This document shows, one piece after another, positions 33,881 through 37,529 of a DNA stretch of 37,529 nucleotides. The DNA is taken from positions 1-37,529 of the IMG/VR virus record IMGVR_UViG_3300025314_000058; one strand, 5' to 3'. This stretch comes from a virus. Lineage: Duplodnaviria > Caudoviricetes. The notes under the pieces are model-generated. The model ran no database searches and was not told the origin of the DNA. It worked only from the letters and a program-made list of their open reading frames with translations. The first letter of the stretch is position 1. Each line of letters starts with the position of its first letter. The position numbers were made by a program, and so were the translations under genes.

Positions 33881-35042
33881 AAATATAAAAACTCTACATA
33901 ATTGGAATAAAAATCCTCGTGCTATTAAAAAAGAAGACTTCGAACGTTTAAGAAATCAAATAAAAGAATTAGGCCAGTATAAGCCTCTTATTATTACATC
34001 CGATGGCGAGGTGTTAGGGGGTAATATGCGGCTGCGTGCATATCAAGAGTTGGGTATTAGTGATATATGGGTATCAATTGTTGAGCCTAAGACTGAGGCT
34101 GATAAAATAAAAATAGCTCTATCGGATAATGATAGGGCGGGGTATTATATTGAACAGGATTTGGCAGAACTTATTACTAATTTTGGTATTGATATTAACT
34201 TAGATAATTACAAAGTGGATTTAGGTAAGACTATTACATTAACGGATTTATTAAATCAATTTAGACCTGATACGGTGGAGGACGAAGCACCAGAGGTATC
34301 TAGTGAGCCCGCAATAAGTAAGTTGGGGGAACGATACCAGCTTGGTCGTCACTATCTTTTTTGTGGGGATGCAACAAAGATAGAGGATGTGGAAAAGCTA
34401 ATGGATGGGAAGAAGGCAGATATGGTGTTTACTGATCCGCCGTATGGGATGGATTTGGATACAGACTATTCAGGTATGGTTGGTATAGCACGGGGTAATA
34501 AATATGACAAAGTCATCGGGGATGATAAGCCATTTGATTATAAGTGGTTTGATTTTCTTGATGATATCAAGGAGCAATTTTGGTGGGGTGGGGATTACTA
34601 TGTGGAGACACTACCTAACTTTGGTAAGGATGGTTCTTGGTTTGTATGGGATAAGACTGGCGGTGGAGTTAGTCCTAACTCCACCTACGATAAAATGTTC
34701 GGTTCTAATTTCGAGATGTGTTGGTCAAAACAGAAGCATAAGCGAAATGTGATTAGCTATGTTTGGAAGGGTTTTTTTGGTTTGTCTCAAGAAGACACCA
34801 AGAGTAGAATACACCCTACTCAAAAACCAAGAGAATTGATTAACTGGTTTATAAAGCAATTTGCTAAAGATAACGACATAGTCCTTGACCTCTTCGGTGG
34901 CTCAGGATCTACTCTTATTGCTTGTGAACAAACAAATAGAACCTGCTACATGATGGAAATTGACGAGAAATACTGTGATGTTATACGAAAACGCTATGAA
35001 AACTTTGTAGGTAAGGAGGATAAATGGCAAAAAATAAAGTAA
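33864..35042 (+). CDS. ParB-like N-terminal domain fused to N4/N6 DNA methyltransferase
   Basis: NPR...VLGGNMRLRA; FTDPPYG, HPTQKP and VLDLFGGSGSTLIA. Confidence 0.93.
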   Translation: MKNEIRNIKTLHNWNKNPRAIKKEDFERLRNQIKELGQYKPLIITSDGEVLGGNMRLRAYQELGISDIWVSIVEPKTEADKIKIALSDNDRAGYYIEQDLAELITNFGIDINLDNYKVDLGKTITLTDLLNQFRPDTVEDEAPEVSSEPAISKLGERYQLGRHYLFCGDATKIEDVEKLMDGKKADMVFTDPPYGMDLDTDYSGMVGIARGNKYDKVIGDDKPFDYKWFDFLDDIKEQFWWGGDYYVETLPNFGKDGSWFVWDKTGGGVSPNSTYDKMFGSNFEMCWSKQKHKRNVISYVWKGFFGLSQEDTKSRIHPTQKPRELINWFIKQFAKDNDIVLDLFGGSGSTLIACEQTNRTCYMMEIDEKYCDVIRKRYENFVGKEDKWQKIK

Positions 35043-35401
35043 GACCTACACCTAATCAAGAGAAAACATTCGAGGCTATACGAAGTGGTGGAAAGACCTT
35101 GCAAGAAGCTATGATTGAAGGTGGTTATTCTCATTCATCTTCACTAAAACCGAAACAAAATCTCACAGATCGAGCTGGCTTTCAAACTTTAATCGAGAAG
35201 TATCGTGAGGAGTTGCGTAAGGCGGGCATTAGTAATGATCTTATGGCTAGGGTGCAGACTAAGGGTTTAGTAGATGAGGATGCTAAGGTCAGACTTGAGT
35301 ATTTGAAAGAAACAAAAAAGGATTTTGGAATTTTCCAACCTGATAATAAACCAAGTAATATTCTGATCGGGATATTGCCGAAGAAAGATTATGAGTGGTA
35401 G
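35024..35401 (+). CDS. terS: Terminase small subunit (putative)
   Basis: TPNQ...AMIEGGYS helical N-terminus; directly upstream of the TerL ATPase. Confidence 0.65.
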   Translation: MAKNKVRPTPNQEKTFEAIRSGGKTLQEAMIEGGYSHSSSLKPKQNLTDRAGFQTLIEKYREELRKAGISNDLMARVQTKGLVDEDAKVRLEYLKETKKDFGIFQPDNKPSNILIGILPKKDYEW

Positions 35402-35449
35402 AAGTATAAATTTATCTCTTGGAGAATTTGCGAGATTTAACTTATCATA

Positions 35450-36328
35450 ATGGCGATCAATTATATAAAATTTATAGAAAGCAACTTTTCTATCAAAAAT
35501 AAAGAAGGACAAATAGTACCTTTTATTTTATGGTCAGTTCAAGATAAGTATTTTATAGATATCATCAATCATTATGGTAAACCACTATCAGGCGTTCGTG
35601 ATATCATTCTCAAGGCTCGTAAGGAAGGTTTTAGTTCTCTTATCCTTGCTATGTTTGCAACTGATTTTCTTATTGAAGATTATCCCATTGCTTCTATGTG
35701 TATTTCTAAGAATAGAGAAGAAACAAGAATGCTTTTTGAAAGAGCAAAGTTTTTTATAAATTCTGCTCTTTCTAAATATAGAAAAACAATTGATGATATT
35801 TGCGATACATCAAATTCCAATGAGTTAGTAAATAAAATAAATGGTGCAAGATTTTGGATTAGTACTGCTGGAAGTAAAACTGCTTTTCGGGTTGAATCTA
35901 TTCAAAATCTTCATTTTTCGGAGGCTGCACATTTTCCTGATACAGATATTTTAACAGCCAAAGAAACAATAGAAGGCGCATCGCAAATGGTAGATCAAGG
36001 AATAGGAAGAATATTTATTGAATCAACAGCTAATGGTTATGGAAATTATTATCAGAAATTGGAAACTAGAGCTCATCAAGGTAATTCTTCTTTTCGGTCA
36101 GTATTTTATTCAGCATTAGAACATTATTCTCCTAATTGGTTAACTGAAAAAGAAAAAGGATTTACGACAAAAGAAATGTTCCTACAAGAATATCCAAATA
36201 CCAGAGAAGAAGCATATATGTCATCAGGTTCTAAGTTTTTTGATACTGCTGGAATTAAGTATTTGCAGAATTTACAGAAAGAACCGATGCAACAAGGAAA
36301 TTTGAATATGTATGGAGAAATGATTTGA
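35450..36328 (+). CDS. terL: Terminase large subunit, ATPase domain only
   Basis: Q motif LWSVQ, Walker A ILKARKEGFSS, Walker B LHFSEAAH, coupling motif ESTANG, then QEYP...EAY..SG..FF; ends before any nuclease motif. Confidence 0.9.
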   Translation: MAINYIKFIESNFSIKNKEGQIVPFILWSVQDKYFIDIINHYGKPLSGVRDIILKARKEGFSSLILAMFATDFLIEDYPIASMCISKNREETRMLFERAKFFINSALSKYRKTIDDICDTSNSNELVNKINGARFWISTAGSKTAFRVESIQNLHFSEAAHFPDTDILTAKETIEGASQMVDQGIGRIFIESTANGYGNYYQKLETRAHQGNSSFRSVFYSALEHYSPNWLTEKEKGFTTKEMFLQEYPNTREEAYMSSGSKFFDTAGIKYLQNLQKEPMQQGNLNMYGEMI

Positions 36329-36329
36329 A

Positions 36330-37133
36330 ATGATACCAGCAGAAGTTACTTCAGAAATTATCAAAACAATTATTGATAAAGCAAAAGTAGGAGTTAATCT
36401 TTTGGAACTTGAAAAAACTGCCGAAATCGCAATGACACTTAGAAATGTAAAGAGTGCTAATAAAGGATACAAGCCTTCTTGGACAAAGAATCCATTTCCA
36501 TCTGTTATTTGTTTAGGAGTAAATGATATAATTGCTCATTCTCCACCTTATAATTATTTTCTTAAAGATGGAGACTTATTAACAATTGATTGTGGAATAA
36601 TTGTGGATAATATGGCTGGAGATGCAGGTATAACTATTCCTATTGGCAATATATCAAATAGAGATCAGCGTTTGTTAAGATATACAAAAATGGCATTATA
36701 TGAAGGATTGAAAGTAATCAAACCAAATGTTAAGATTAATGAAGTAGGAAGGACAATTGAGAAATTTGTAAATTTTAGAGGATATGTAGTAAATAGAATT
36801 TTGCATGGACATGGAATTGGTAAACAAATGCATGAAGAACCACTTATTCTAAATTTTGATATTGGAAAAGAAGAAATTATAACTATTGATAAAAAGGGGA
36901 AAAAGAAATATTTATATAAAGCATGGGATAATATTCCTTCTTTCTATGAGGGACAAATTGTTTGTATTGAACCATATTTAACGTATAAAGATCAGATTGG
37001 TAAAAGAGATTCAGATGGTTGGACTGTTAGAACCAGAGATGGTAAGAAATCTGCTATGATAGAGGCTATGGTTAAAGTTACAAGTACAGGTTGTGAGATA
37101 TTAACAACACATTTTAATTACAATTCATTATGA
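36330..37133 (+). CDS. map: Methionine aminopeptidase type I
   Basis: ICLGVNDIIAH, IDCG, GDAG, GHGIG.QMHEEP, CIEP, DGWTV.T.DG..SA.IE; all five metal ligands are present. Confidence 0.92.
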   Translation: MIPAEVTSEIIKTIIDKAKVGVNLLELEKTAEIAMTLRNVKSANKGYKPSWTKNPFPSVICLGVNDIIAHSPPYNYFLKDGDLLTIDCGIIVDNMAGDAGITIPIGNISNRDQRLLRYTKMALYEGLKVIKPNVKINEVGRTIEKFVNFRGYVVNRILHGHGIGKQMHEEPLILNFDIGKEEIITIDKKGKKKYLYKAWDNIPSFYEGQIVCIEPYLTYKDQIGKRDSDGWTVRTRDGKKSAMIEAMVKVTSTGCEILTTHFNYNSL

Positions 37134-37411
37134 GAGAAATTGCTATTAGTTTATGTTTCGCCTGTGAAAAACCAATGCAAGAAGATAATACCCTTAAAGG
37201 TAAATATATCTGTATAAATCAAAGGTGTTCAAGAGTTGGATTATTAAGTTCTATTTCTTTAAAACTTACTCCTAAAAAAGAAAAACCAAAAATTGAAACT
37301 GATGAACAAGGACATAATCTTCAATGTAATAGTGGAATAGGAAAAGATTGTGATTGTTATTGGAAAGGTAAGAAAGATGGTAAAAATTTACCGCCTGTTG
37401 GAAGGAAATGA
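37130..37411 (+). CDS. Cys-rich Zn-finger protein
   Basis: CFAC, CINQRC and H...C...CDC; ATGA overlap with map. Confidence 0.65.
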   Translation: MREIAISLCFACEKPMQEDNTLKGKYICINQRCSRVGLLSSISLKLTPKKEKPKIETDEQGHNLQCNSGIGKDCDCYWKGKKDGKNLPPVGRK

Positions 37412-37529
37412 GGAAACAGTTGCAGGTGCAGATCCAGGTGAAGGTGTTTCCTATGCCGCAGCAGTTATTATTTCAAGAAAATATTTAGATATACCAATTA
37501 TTTATCATTCAAAAGTAGAATCTCCTCAA
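37377..37529 (+). CDS. terL: Terminase nuclease gene, 5' part (continues at 128-658)
   Basis: ATG 37377 preceded by AAAGGT; MVKIYRLLEGNEETVAGADPGEG is in frame with 2..658. Confidence 0.85.
   Translation, partial: MVKIYRLLEGNEETVAGADPGEGVSYAAAVIISRKYLDIPIIYHSKVESPQ
37403..37529. repeat. Terminal direct repeat, right copy
   Basis: Identical to 1-127. Confidence 0.95.

Noticed and set aside
655-36472. Remaining minus-strand and nested ORFs in the track
   Set aside because: They overlap well-supported + strand genes and show no recognisable motifs.
721-37133. Genome-wide TAG or TGA recoding
   Set aside because: All long core genes are open in code 11 with no internal TAG or TGA, and TGA ends genes in ATGA overlaps. 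Only local amber read-through remains possible.
36329-37376. Self-splicing intron or intein interrupting terL
   Set aside because: The interval is fully occupied by two ORFs, has no homing endonuclease or intein motifs, and the nuclease half has its own start.
1-37529. tRNA, rRNA, integrase or att site
   Set aside because: No cloverleaf, rRNA-like segment or recombinase motif was seen by eye; tRNAscan-SE and HMM searches would confirm.

Overview
This window is an apparently complete ~37.4-kb tailed dsDNA phage genome. Positions 1-127 are identical to 37403-37529, consistent with a circular assembly overlap and giving a unit length of 37,402 bp. Nearly every gene is on the + strand. The morphogenesis module is podovirus-like: portal, scaffold, major capsid, decoration and beta-helix proteins, adaptor, nozzle, fibre and a 1384-aa LPD38-type ejection protein, with no tape measure or sheath. 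It is followed by an amidase/holin lysis module, an early/replication module (replisome-organiser-like initiator, lytic transglycosylase, SSB), and an accessory block of short genes. After that come VRR-NUC, groES-groEL, an RNAP alpha-CTD-like gene, a ParB-methylase and the terminase genes. I see no integrase, DNA polymerase, reverse transcriptase, tRNA or CRISPR array. The host cannot be read from the sequence; it is a peptidoglycan-bearing bacterium with sigma70-type promoters, and a CPR/Patescibacteria host is only a guess. The main unusual features are: (1) an array of short genes at 26.4-29.7 kb, each delimited by the same AGAAAGGACTATAGGTAG element, which supplies stop codons in two frames plus an RBS; (2) a terminase large subunit split into ATPase and nuclease genes by a methionine aminopeptidase and a Zn-finger gene; (3) an RHH repressor gene with two in-frame TAG codons, plus other hints of amber read-through; (4) a pseudoknot that sequesters a start codon; (5) an AQRF[LI] motif shared by putative internal virion proteins. 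All product calls come from motif recognition by eye, not database searches.
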